NCBI GenBank assembly: GCA_958296295.1 | Contig: OY282460.1 | Location: 3,330,291-3,394,290, forward strand | DNA length: 64,000 bases | Direction: 5' to 3' | Source of the DNA: an uncultured Pseudomonadales bacterium | GTDB lineage: Bacteria; Pseudomonadota; Gammaproteobacteria; Pseudomonadales; Azotimanducaceae | In this document: positions 56,530-64,000 of the stretch, one piece after another | Layout of the letters: every line of letters begins with the position of its first letter | How positions within the stretch are numbered: position 1 is the first letter of the stretch | The notes under the pieces: generated by a model | What the model saw: only the letters and a program-made list of their open reading frames with translations | The model's database searches: none | Told to the model about the DNA's origin: nothing | Made by a program: the position numbers and the translations under genes

Positions 56530-58302
56530 CTAGCCGGTCGTGGACAAGGCCGGGTGGTGGTAGGGGTCTTCGGGGCAATGCGTGGCGAGGAATGTTCGCA
56601 GGCGGGCGACATCGGCGGTGGGGTCGCGTCGGCCGCGGGTGCGGGATTCCAAGTGCAGCAGCACGACGTCCGGCAGGTAGACGTTCACCAGGCCGTTCGC
56701 CATGGCGCGGACGCAGATCTCCACGTCGTTGCCGGCGACCCGGTAGTTCTCGTTGAAGCCGCCGATGGCTTCCAGTGCGCGGCGGGAGAACGCCATGCAG
56801 GCGCCCGTGACCGCCGCCACGTTGCGCGGCAGAAGCGGTGAAACGAACACGTGGCGGTCGGTTCCGGGCCACGCGCCGCGATAGATGTGATCGGTTGCGG
56901 CGTCGGTGCCGACCACAACGCCGGCGTGCTGGATGCGCCCGCTGGCGTAGGTGAGGAGCGGCCCCACGGCGCCCACGTCCGGGCGCGACGCCACATCCGC
57001 CAAGCGGGCCAGCCAGTTCTCGCTGCGCGGCTCGGTGTCGTTGTTCAGGCACACGAACACGTCGCCGCTGGCGTGGGCGATGCCGAGGTTGTTGATCCTG
57101 CTCCAGTTGAACTCGCCCGGCGCCGGCAGCACCCGGAGGTTTCGCCACTTGGCCTGCGCCTCTTGCAACCACGCCAAGGTCTCGGGGTGCCGGGAGTCGT
57201 TGTCGAGGACGAGCACCTCGAAATCGCCGTCGTTGGTGGCGAAGACGCCTTCCACGCAGCGCCGCAGCAACGCCAGCCGGTCGCGCGTCGGCACGATTAC
57301 GGAAACGCGCGCGCCACCGTTGCCGAAGACGCAGCGCCACGGGGGGCGCCCGCCGGGGACGGTGGCCGAACGCGCCCCTTCGCCGTAGCGGTTGCGAAGG
57401 AACGTCGCCAAGTAGCCGGGCGGGGCGGGTTCCGCCACAACGTGGAGTCGATGGGCGACCACCGCCGGCAGCCGCGCAACCCGACCGGCCCGCTCAACCA
57501 GACGCAACCCCAGGCTGTGGAAGTCCGGCCCCGGCTCGTCGGCCACTGCGGAGAGCTGGGCCTGGGGCACCAGCAGACTGCCGAAGTAATCGCTGGCGCA
57601 CAACAGATCCGGCGAAAAGCCCGGCTTGAAGAAGGGCTGGGAGCGCCGTCCCGCGGCGTCGATGCGATCCTCGTCGCCATACCACAACGTGTCGTCGCCG
57701 CCTGGCGAATCAAAAGCCGCCGGCAGGCAACCCGGCCGCAAGAGCAGCACGAGGTCCCCCGATGCGGCGTTGCGCCGCGCCGCTTGCACGACAGCCGCCA
57801 CGGACAGCGTCGGCACGGTGACCACGCGCAACGCATCGTCCGTTGTCGCGTTCGCCTCGTCCGTCACCAGCACAATCGCCATCCGATGCCGCGCCGCCTG
57901 CGCCCGCAAGGCCGAGACGTATTGCCGCGAGGCTTCGCCGCGCAGCCCCAGCGTCGAGGCGACCGCGAGTGGAAAGGCCGCGCCCGCCAGCGGTGCTTGC
58001 GAAGAGCGCAGGAATCGGCGGTAGCCGGCCGGCCGCAGATGGCGCCCGTGCGCGGTTGCGGTTGCGGCCCAACCGGCAACGGCGCCCAAGCCGCGCGCGC
58101 GCATCATCTCCGCCGCGACGCCTGCCGCCGCCAGATAGCCGCCGGAATACGCGGCCACGCCGCGCAGGTTGGCAAGCAGCGAGAAGATGCGCCGCAATCG
58201 CCGTCGCAAGCGGGATTTCGTGTTGCCGGCCGGTGGCGGCTTTGGGTGGTTGGAGATCGGTGTCATGCAATAGGCCGCACCGCCTCGAACCGCGTCCCGC
58301 AC
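56530..58302 (-). CDS. Family 2 glycosyltransferase with long N-terminal extension
   Basis: ..VSVIVPTRDRLALLRRCVEGV..DFEVLVLDNDS.., ..VFVCLNNDTE.. (DxD-type). The start is uncertain (58302 or 58266). Confidence 0.8.
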   Translation of the reverse strand: MRDAVRGGAAYCMTPISNHPKPPPAGNTKSRLRRRLRRIFSLLANLRGVAAYSGGYLAAAGVAAEMMRARGLGAVAGWAATATAHGRHLRPAGYRRFLRSSQAPLAGAAFPLAVASTLGLRGEASRQYVSALRAQAARHRMAIVLVTDEANATTDDALRVVTVPTLSVAAVVQAARRNAASGDLVLLLRPGCLPAAFDSPGGDDTLWYGDEDRIDAAGRRSQPFFKPGFSPDLLCASDYFGSLLVPQAQLSAVADEPGPDFHSLGLRLVERAGRVARLPAVVAHRLHVVAEPAPPGYLATFLRNRYGEGARSATVPGGRPPWRCVFGNGGARVSVIVPTRDRLALLRRCVEGVFATNDGDFEVLVLDNDSRHPETLAWLQEAQAKWRNLRVLPAPGEFNWSRINNLGIAHASGDVFVCLNNDTEPRSENWLARLADVASRPDVGAVGPLLTYASGRIQHAGVVVGTDAATDHIYRGAWPGTDRHVFVSPLLPRNVAAVTGACMAFSRRALEAIGGFNENYRVAGNDVEICVRAMANGLVNVYLPDVVLLHLESRTRGRRDPTADVARLRTFLATHCPEDPYHHPALSTTG

Positions 58303-58378
58303 GGATCGCGGGTGGCGCGTTCCACAACAGGCAATGGCCCGGGCGCCGGCCGGACGAACGTGCCCGCCAACAGCCCGG

Positions 58379-59548
58379 TCAGCGAACCTCCGCCGGGGAG
58401 AGCTTCGCCACCGTCTTGGTGGAGCCGCGCACGCTGCGGCGGGCGGTCAGCGACGTGTAGATGTGAGCGTAGCGCTCGCCCATCAACGGGCCGTTGAACA
58501 AGCGCTCGAAGCGATTCCGCGCGCCTTCGCCCAAACGTCGCGCCTCGTTCGGCCGCGCGTGCATCCAGTCCATGGCGTCGCGGAGCGCTTTGCGGGACGC
58601 CGGCGTCACCACGATGCCGGTGTCGCCGTCCACGTTGACGTGGCTGGTTCCAGAGCCGACTTCCGTGGAGATGAGCGGTTTGCCGTGCATGGCGCCTTCG
58701 AGAAGCGTCACGCCGAAGGCTTCGGAACGCATGTGCGAAGGGAAGACCACGCCGCGACAGAGTTGGAGCAGCGCCACCTTTTCGGAATCCGACACCTGCC
58801 CGGTGAACGTCACGTTGCCGAGGCCGAGCGTTGCCGCTTGGTTCTTGAGCGCCGCCTCCGTGGGGCCGGAGCCGACGATCACGGCGCGGTACGGCGCGCC
58901 CTTCATGGCGTCCAGCAGGATGTGCAGGCCCTTGTAGTAGCGCAACACGCCCACGAACAGAAAGAACCCCTCGCCGTGGCGGCGCCTCACGGCTTCGATC
59001 TCCGCCGGGGACGCTTGCGGATAGGAGGCGCGATCAAGGCCGATGGGCACCACCTGCACCTTGTGCTCGAAACGCGATAGCACGCTCGAGGTGGCGAAGT
59101 AGTTGGGAGAAGTGCAGACGATGCGCCCCATCGAGGCGAGAAAACGCCGCATGAGCGGCGTGTAGAACCAAGCCAGGGCGCGCTGGCGCACGATGTCCGA
59201 GTGATAGGTGAGCAGGGTCGGCTGCCGCACCCGCGTGGCCAGATGCAGAACGTCCGCGAACGGCCACGGGAAGTGGTAATGCACGATGTCCGCCCAGCCG
59301 AGCAAGCGACGCAGCAACGCCGGCGCTTCCCGCGAGAAACCGCAGGAGGCTACTTCGATATCCAGCTTGGCGCGGAACACCGCCGCCTCTTGCCGCCGCA
59401 CCACGCGGGGTTGGATCGAAGGGCTGACGCAGAACACGCGGCTGCGGACGTCGTGGGCGCGGGTGTTCAGGCAGATTTGGCGGATTACTTCCTCAAGCCC
59501 GCCTTGCGTTTGGGGAAAGTAGGTGCGGTAGACGTGAAGGACGCGCAT
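58379..59548 (-). CDS. GT4-type (GT-B fold) glycosyltransferase
   Basis: MRVLHVYRTYFPQTQGGLEEVI.. and C-terminal ..FPSHMRSEAFGVTLLEGAMHGKPLISTEVGSGTS.. (E-x7-E region). Confidence 0.85.
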   Translation of the reverse strand: MRVLHVYRTYFPQTQGGLEEVIRQICLNTRAHDVRSRVFCVSPSIQPRVVRRQEAAVFRAKLDIEVASCGFSREAPALLRRLLGWADIVHYHFPWPFADVLHLATRVRQPTLLTYHSDIVRQRALAWFYTPLMRRFLASMGRIVCTSPNYFATSSVLSRFEHKVQVVPIGLDRASYPQASPAEIEAVRRRHGEGFFLFVGVLRYYKGLHILLDAMKGAPYRAVIVGSGPTEAALKNQAATLGLGNVTFTGQVSDSEKVALLQLCRGVVFPSHMRSEAFGVTLLEGAMHGKPLISTEVGSGTSHVNVDGDTGIVVTPASRKALRDAMDWMHARPNEARRLGEGARNRFERLFNGPLMGERYAHIYTSLTARRSVRGSTKTVAKLSPAEVR

Positions 59549-59703
59549 CGATTGTTGGTGGCCGGTGAATTGTCGGGCGAAACCTCAGGCGCCAGCGGCG
59601 AAGCATACACGACCGCGCTCGCCCATGCCGCGGACGAGGTGCCCGTTCCGGGGGCTTGGGCGAGAGGATCGAGAGCGGGTGGCTGGTTGACGCCGGACGC
59701 CGC

Positions 59704-60552
59704 TCAGGGCGCGGCGTCTTCCATCAAAGCCTTGCGCCTCGTGCGTCCGTGGTCGCGGGCCAAGCGCCGCTCGGCCTCGCCGCCATCCGTGCGCGGGCGC
59801 GGGATCGGCTCGAAGTGCTGGTGGGCGTCGTCGCTTCTCACCAGAATGGCGCGGTCGCCACGCACCTTGGTTTGTCTCACGTTCGTGGCGCAATAGCGCA
59901 GCACCATGCCGATGCGCCGATCCTGGCCGCGGTTGGGGTCCGACCCGTGTATCACGCGAACGTGGTGAATGGACATTTCGCCAGCGGCGAGCGGAGCGAG
60001 CACGGTGCCTGCGGCATCGACCTGTTCCGTGATCTCTTGGCCGCGGCTCAACAGGTTGTTCTCGGCGTAGGTTTCGCGTTGCGGCAACAGCCGCCCCCGG
60101 TGACTTCCGGGCACGAAGCGCATGGGGCCGGTTTCCACGCCGGCGTCCGAAAGCGCGATCCACGCCGTGGCCACGCGATGCGGTTCCAAGCCCCAGTAGG
60201 TGGCGTCTTGGTGATAGGTGACGAACGCCGGCCCCGGTTCCTTGATGAACCAGTCCATCGACCACAGCAGCAGGTTCGGCCCGAGCACCGCGGCGATGGG
60301 CTCCACGATGCGAGGATCGTGAACCAGGTCCCAGGCCCAAGCGTGCGTGATCGGCAGGGCTTGGCGGGCGGCGCGCTCGGTGCCCGGCGGCGCTTCGGCT
60401 TCGGCGACCTCCAGACGGCGGCGCAGCGTCCGCGTTTCGGCAGCCGAAAAGACCGGAATCGGGAACAGAAAGCCGTCGCGCTCGAACGCTTCCCTTTGCG
60501 CCCCCGTTAGGGTTGGGGCCGATGGCGGGACGTCGGAAGGGATTGCCTGCAT
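59704..60552 (-). CDS. Phytanoyl-CoA dioxygenase (PhyH)-family Fe(II)/2-oxoglutarate oxygenase
   Basis: ..LTGAQREAFERDGFLFPIPVFS.., ..YHQDATYWGLEP.. (HxD), ..IHHVRVIHGSDPN... ATG at 60552 chosen. Confidence 0.75.
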   Translation of the reverse strand: MQAIPSDVPPSAPTLTGAQREAFERDGFLFPIPVFSAAETRTLRRRLEVAEAEAPPGTERAARQALPITHAWAWDLVHDPRIVEPIAAVLGPNLLLWSMDWFIKEPGPAFVTYHQDATYWGLEPHRVATAWIALSDAGVETGPMRFVPGSHRGRLLPQRETYAENNLLSRGQEITEQVDAAGTVLAPLAAGEMSIHHVRVIHGSDPNRGQDRRIGMVLRYCATNVRQTKVRGDRAILVRSDDAHQHFEPIPRPRTDGGEAERRLARDHGRTRRKALMEDAAP

Positions 60553-60562
60553 GCGGCAGTGA

Positions 60563-60955
60563 TCAGCCGAACAGGTCGTCGAGTTTGCGACGGGCCTCGG
60601 CGACTTCCACGTCCTCCGGCGCAGGGGGGCTTTCCGCATCCGGCTCGTCCGGCGCGTCCGCGCCACCGAAAAGCTCGTCCAAGTTGGATTTCGCTCGCGC
60701 CTGGCGTTCCTTCCGGCCGGCCCGGTAGCGGCCCGTCGCCGGGCGAAAGAAATCGCAGAAGTTCGCGCCTTCCTTGTGTACCGGCGGCTCGGCGCGTTCG
60801 TCCGCGCACGGATTCGTGGCGTTGTCCGTGAAATGCCGACACATGCGGCAGCAATGCAGATCCTCGAAGCACGCCGGGCAATTCATGTGCCGCGTGATGG
60901 GGCGCGGCAATTCGGCCAGCGACGCGCCGCAGTTCCAACAGGCAAGTTCCGTCAT
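60563..60955 (-). CDS. Small Cys-rich (zinc-ribbon-like) protein with acidic C-terminal tail
   Basis: MTELACWNCGASL..HMNCPACFEDLHCCRMCRHF..CADERAEPPVHKEGANFCDFF... ATG at 60955. Function unknown. Confidence 0.5.
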   Translation of the reverse strand: MTELACWNCGASLAELPRPITRHMNCPACFEDLHCCRMCRHFTDNATNPCADERAEPPVHKEGANFCDFFRPATGRYRAGRKERQARAKSNLDELFGGADAPDEPDAESPPAPEDVEVAEARRKLDDLFG

Positions 60956-60977
60956 CGCGCAAGCAGGCGCCAGGGCG

Positions 60978-61694
60978 CTAGGGAATGCCGACCATTTCGG
61001 TGTCGGCGCGGAGCACCAGCGTGCGCTCCCCGTCCATCCAGCGCTCCATGCCGTCGGGCCGAATGGCCGCGCGCCAGTCTCTCCAGCCGTCCTCGCCGTG
61101 GAAGTAGAGCTCGGCCATCCCGGCGTAGAGCTCGTCCGCGGGATCGATGCTGTGGCTGACCACATAGCGGAAACCGCCCGCCCGCTCCATCGCCGCCTGC
61201 ACGTTGGGCACATGCGTTTCCAGCCAATGCTTCAGGAATGCGTCGTAGTCCGCGTTCGGCTTGGCGGCCACCAGATAGGTGATCTTGAGAAACCCGGAGC
61301 GCGTCAGGGGATAGGGCGCGTTCAGCGTGAGAGGCGCGGTGTCCAAGTTCTCCGCGCCGTCGATGACGACGTGTTCACGCGTGGCCCACGGCAGGTACGG
61401 CTCCACCTTCTGCTGGAAGGTGTCTCGCGGCTTGGCGCCGATTCCGGTGGCGGGTTTGGGCAGCGGCCGCGGCCACCAGAGCTGCGCCACGCCGTCCCAA
61501 GGGTGCTCGCAATCGGTATCGGCATGGAAAAGCGTCGCGAGATAGCGCGTGGCGTGCGGGCGATTGCGCGCCCGTGCGTTCTTTTGGTTTGCGATGACGC
61601 CGGGCATGTGGTTGGCGAACCAATGCGCCACCAACTCCTCGCGCGAGGTGGTCGCCTTGCGCTTGATGAGGTACATCATCTTGGTTTCGGTCAC
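60978..61694 (-). CDS. Tandem EthD-domain protein
   Basis: Two halves with the EthD-like pattern (MMYLIKRKATTSREELVAHWFANHMP.. and LKITYLVAAKPNADYDAFLKHWLETHVP..). Confidence 0.6.
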   Translation of the reverse strand: MTETKMMYLIKRKATTSREELVAHWFANHMPGVIANQKNARARNRPHATRYLATLFHADTDCEHPWDGVAQLWWPRPLPKPATGIGAKPRDTFQQKVEPYLPWATREHVVIDGAENLDTAPLTLNAPYPLTRSGFLKITYLVAAKPNADYDAFLKHWLETHVPNVQAAMERAGGFRYVVSHSIDPADELYAGMAELYFHGEDGWRDWRAAIRPDGMERWMDGERTLVLRADTEMVGIP

Positions 61695-61879
61695 GGCTGC
61701 CGACCTCCGATGTTCACCGTGCGTGCGGAACCAACCCGCCAGTAGCGCGGAACCTTAGTGGGGCGAGGGCCAAGCGTCAACGGTCGGTTGGACCAACCGG
61801 GCTGGGCGGACGTGAGGGGCAGGCCGGTCTTGGGGCGAGCCGTGCGTTCTGCGCCACCTTCCCCACTCCTTGTGGACTC

Positions 61880-62200
61880 TTAGTGGCGTATGCGAATTCG
61901 CCCAGGCTCCACCACTACGATAGCGCTCGCCGCCGACTGCAGATGTGCGCCGCAACTCTCCAGCACATCCATGCAGCGGGTCGCTTGTTGCCGCGCCCTG
62001 ATGTCTACGAGACGAATTATCCCGCAGTGCGATGCACCTTCCTTTACCGCGAGTTCTCCAAATCGCCCGTTACCGTAGAGGGCTAGCTACTTAGCCGTAG
62101 TCCGGCTCTGCAAAATCCTTCCACTCCTGAGACGGCTCTCACCCGCATCCACCCCGAAGGAAACCTCGTTCTTTCCCAATTCAACCGCTTGCGTCCACTC
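61880..62200 (-). pseudogene. DUF5615 (Mut7-C/PIN-like) gene remnant downstream of the DUF433 gene
   Basis: The minus-strand frame reads ..AVELGKNEVSFGVDAGESRLRSGRILQSRTTAK*LALYGNGRFGELAVKEGASHCGIIRLVDIR...AIVVVEPGRIRIRH*. This is DUF5615-like but lacks an N-terminal start and has an in-frame TAG near 62085. Confidence 0.35.
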
Positions 62201-62212
62201 GTGATCACGCTC

Positions 62213-62527
62213 TCAATCCTCTTCGCGGTCCATCAACTGGGCAAAGACCAAGCAAGCCTGAATGTCATCCGGCTCGAGCCAACGATACCCTCGGAGGATG
62301 GTGTCCTCGTCGTCCCCCGCCGCGAGCATGGCCAAGACGTGCTCTACCGCCAACCTTCGTCCTCGAATCACCGGCTTGCCACCGAAAATACCCGGTACAA
62401 CAACGATTCTATCGAGAAGCTCACGTTTAGGATCTACATGTGCCACTGCATCGAGCACTCGTTGTCGGTCCTTTAGCGGCAGCTTCTCGATGTCTTTCCC
62501 GGCCCGGCTGGTATATCTGACCGTCAC
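62213..62527 (-). CDS. DUF433-domain protein whose first ~30 codons look like a RelE/ParE toxin N-terminus (chimeric ORF)
   Basis: ..GGKPVIRGRRLAVEHVLAMLAAGDDEDTILRGYRWLEPDDIQACLVFA is DUF433. The N-terminal VRYTSRAGKDIEKLPLKDRQRVLDAV is RelE/ParE-like. GTGA overlap with the upstream antitoxin-like ORF. Confidence 0.6.
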   Translation of the reverse strand: MTVRYTSRAGKDIEKLPLKDRQRVLDAVAHVDPKRELLDRIVVVPGIFGGKPVIRGRRLAVEHVLAMLAAGDDEDTILRGYRWLEPDDIQACLVFAQLMDREED

Positions 62528-62778
62528 AGCTCAAGGCGCACACGAAGCGCAGCCGCCGTGATGACCTCTCCGTCTTCGACATCACGCTCCCCTGCCTCTA
62601 TCGCTTCCCCTTCATCTTCCGTGACCGGTTCATCGTCTATCGGTGCCTTGGCAAGCGCGGATGTCACCGGCTCAGCGAGCGACGGCACGGATAACCCATC
62701 GAGCATCTTCGCCGCCGTGTCCAGCGCGTCGTCCGGCAGTGCGTCCACCAAGCGGTGTGTCTGTTCTCTAGCGGTCAT
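62524..62778 (-). CDS. Small acidic antitoxin-like protein
   Basis: MTAREQTHRLVDALPDDALDTAAKMLDGL...DDEPVTEDEGEAIEAGERDVEDGEVITAAALRVRLEL. The layout is typical of antitoxins preceding RelE/ParE genes. The start is 62778 or 62787. Confidence 0.45.
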   Translation of the reverse strand: MTAREQTHRLVDALPDDALDTAAKMLDGLSVPSLAEPVTSALAKAPIDDEPVTEDEGEAIEAGERDVEDGEVITAAALRVRLEL

Positions 62779-62994
62779 GTCTCGCATCCTAATGGCACCG
62801 GATTGTAGCCTCGTTCCTTTCTCCTCGCGCTGGCTATCGTGGCGGCTTAGCTTGCCTTCAAGGCACCCGGGAGACGACGACACTCGGCTGCCGGTGGGAA
62901 TCGACCCCGAGACGTGGGAGATGGTGTACCAGCCCTAGCGGCTTCCTGACGCGGCCTAGCTTGCCTGTCAAGGCTCGCGACGCGGCCAGTGGGC

Positions 62995-64000
62995 CTAGCA
63001 ACCAACGGTCTTGAGCGCGTCTCGCACTTGGGCGAGTGCTTGCGGGCTTTCGTTCGTGAACTGCGCGGCTATGGTGCGCGCTTGGTTGCCTTGGCCGCTC
63101 AAGCCGAATTGCCGGATCATCTCCACGGCCAATTCGGTGGAGTCCCGTTGCGACTTCCAAGCCAGTTCCAAACGCCGCAGCGCGTCGTCGGCCTCCCCCA
63201 ACGCCCGCAGATGGGCGGCGTCGCGCATGGCGCAGATGACGACGTATTGCGGGTGCGCCGGCAACGTGGCGCGGAAGTAGGTTCGCTGCTCGTCGAAGTC
63301 GTAGCGCGGTGGCGGCGAACCGTTGTGGCGCATGGCGTCGAACACTCTGGGCAGCCCGGTGAGGCGGCCCTCCGCAAGTTGCCGTTCCTTGAGGAACTCG
63401 CCGATGCGCCTGTTGCGGGCCGGCACCGAGGGCACGGCTGCGCCGGGCCGCAAATGACGAGGCTCTATGCCCGGCATCGGCCCCGGGTAGCTCGTGATCT
63501 CTATCCGGTCGGGGAAAATGTACACCTTGGCGGGCTCGACGACATCGGCCCGATAACTCCGGTGGTAGAGCGCGTTTACCAACGTCTCCCGCAACGCGAT
63601 GGTCGGGTAACTCCGCCAATGGCGAGCCTGCATCCGATCCGGTTGTTTTTGCACATGTAGGACGGAAAGACCTTCCAAGTAGTTTTGGCAGTCGTTGAGT
63701 TGCTTGAAGAGATCACCTTGGAAAACGCGCTCTTCCTGCACATCGCCGGCGCTGTCCGCCGCGAACGTGGCGAGCTCGATGGCGGCGCCTCGAAACCAGT
63801 CGCGCGGGTTGTCCGCAAAGAAAAGCAGCCCAACGTTGCGCGGCACGTCGTGATCGTTCGCCGGGACGGCGATGCCCATGCGCCGGTACACGGCGCGGGT
63901 GTCCGGCTCGTCGAGCAAGCTGCTGCGGACGACGTGCAAGTGCTCGCGGACTTTGGCCTCGCGGATGTCCGAGACGCGGGCCTGCAACGCCCGTTGGTCG
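62995..64000 (-). CDS. ATP-binding protein of the AlbA_2 / HATPase_c_4 ('putative DNA-binding/transcriptional regulator') type; 5' end outside the window
   Basis: The frame stays open to position 64000. ..YPTIALRETLVNALYHRSYRADVVEPAKVYIFPDRIEITSYPGPMPGI.. and ..RNRRIGEFLKERQLAEGRLTGLPRVFDAMRHNGSPPPRYDF.. match the HATPase_c_4 C-terminal module. Confidence 0.65.
   Translation of the reverse strand, partial: DQRALQARVSDIREAKVREHLHVVRSSLLDEPDTRAVYRRMGIAVPANDHDVPRNVGLLFFADNPRDWFRGAAIELATFAADSAGDVQEERVFQGDLFKQLNDCQNYLEGLSVLHVQKQPDRMQARHWRSYPTIALRETLVNALYHRSYRADVVEPAKVYIFPDRIEITSYPGPMPGIEPRHLRPGAAVPSVPARNRRIGEFLKERQLAEGRLTGLPRVFDAMRHNGSPPPRYDFDEQRTYFRATLPAHPQYVVICAMRDAAHLRALGEADDALRRLELAWKSQRDSTELAVEMIRQFGLSGQGNQARTIAAQFTNESPQALAQVRDALKTVGC

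Overview
GC-rich bacterial chromosomal window, probably proteobacterial. Many long antisense ORFs in the six-frame track are GC artefacts. Coordinates and motifs below come from reading the sequence and ORF track; family names are from memory, and no searches were run.

Housekeeping blocks:
- RND efflux pump (3-3573).
- Heme-uptake cluster: TonB-dependent receptor, HmuTUV-like ABC transporter and an IsdG/HmuQ-like ABM monooxygenase (4978-10401).
- Three-gene 2-oxoacid:acceptor oxidoreductase cluster: GltD-like flavoprotein, KorA and KorB (17406-22187).
- Single-chain BC-BCCP-CT acyl-CoA carboxylase (22273-25704).
- MoxR/DUF58, DegP-like protease, PepF-like M3 peptidase, DUF3604, prfC, an SBP/HAMP/MFS trio, DAHP synthase, tRNA-Asn, DUF1015, and a glycosyltransferase/PhyH/EthD cluster.

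Accessory content:
1. Two nearly identical class-II Fic genes form about 1-kb direct repeats bracketing the heme cluster.
2. A roughly 1250-aa FN3 + about 25x LRR protein.
3. An ISKra4-like IS with perfect 37-bp inverted repeats and a 9-bp target duplication, but a frame-disrupted transposase.
4. A roughly 5.5-kb defence islet (about 26.2-31.7 kb). It carries a CBASS-like CD-NTase / E2-like / patatin operon, a divergent fused HTH-ImmA regulator plus a PIN protein, and a decayed helicase-like gene. It appears to lie between the two halves of an Rpn-like gene.
5. A patch of decayed conflict genes (35.9-38.7 kb) containing one intact-looking pair: a TNT-like (NAD-glycohydrolase-type) protein whose N-terminal domain is duplicated as a stand-alone downstream ORF.
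6. McrBC in visibly lower-GC DNA.
7. Toxin-antitoxin remnants and a partial AlbA_2/HATPase_c_4-type gene at the 3' edge.

The best candidates for something new are the TNT-like pair, the variant CBASS locus with its regulator/PIN module, and the SBP/HAMP-only/MFS trio.
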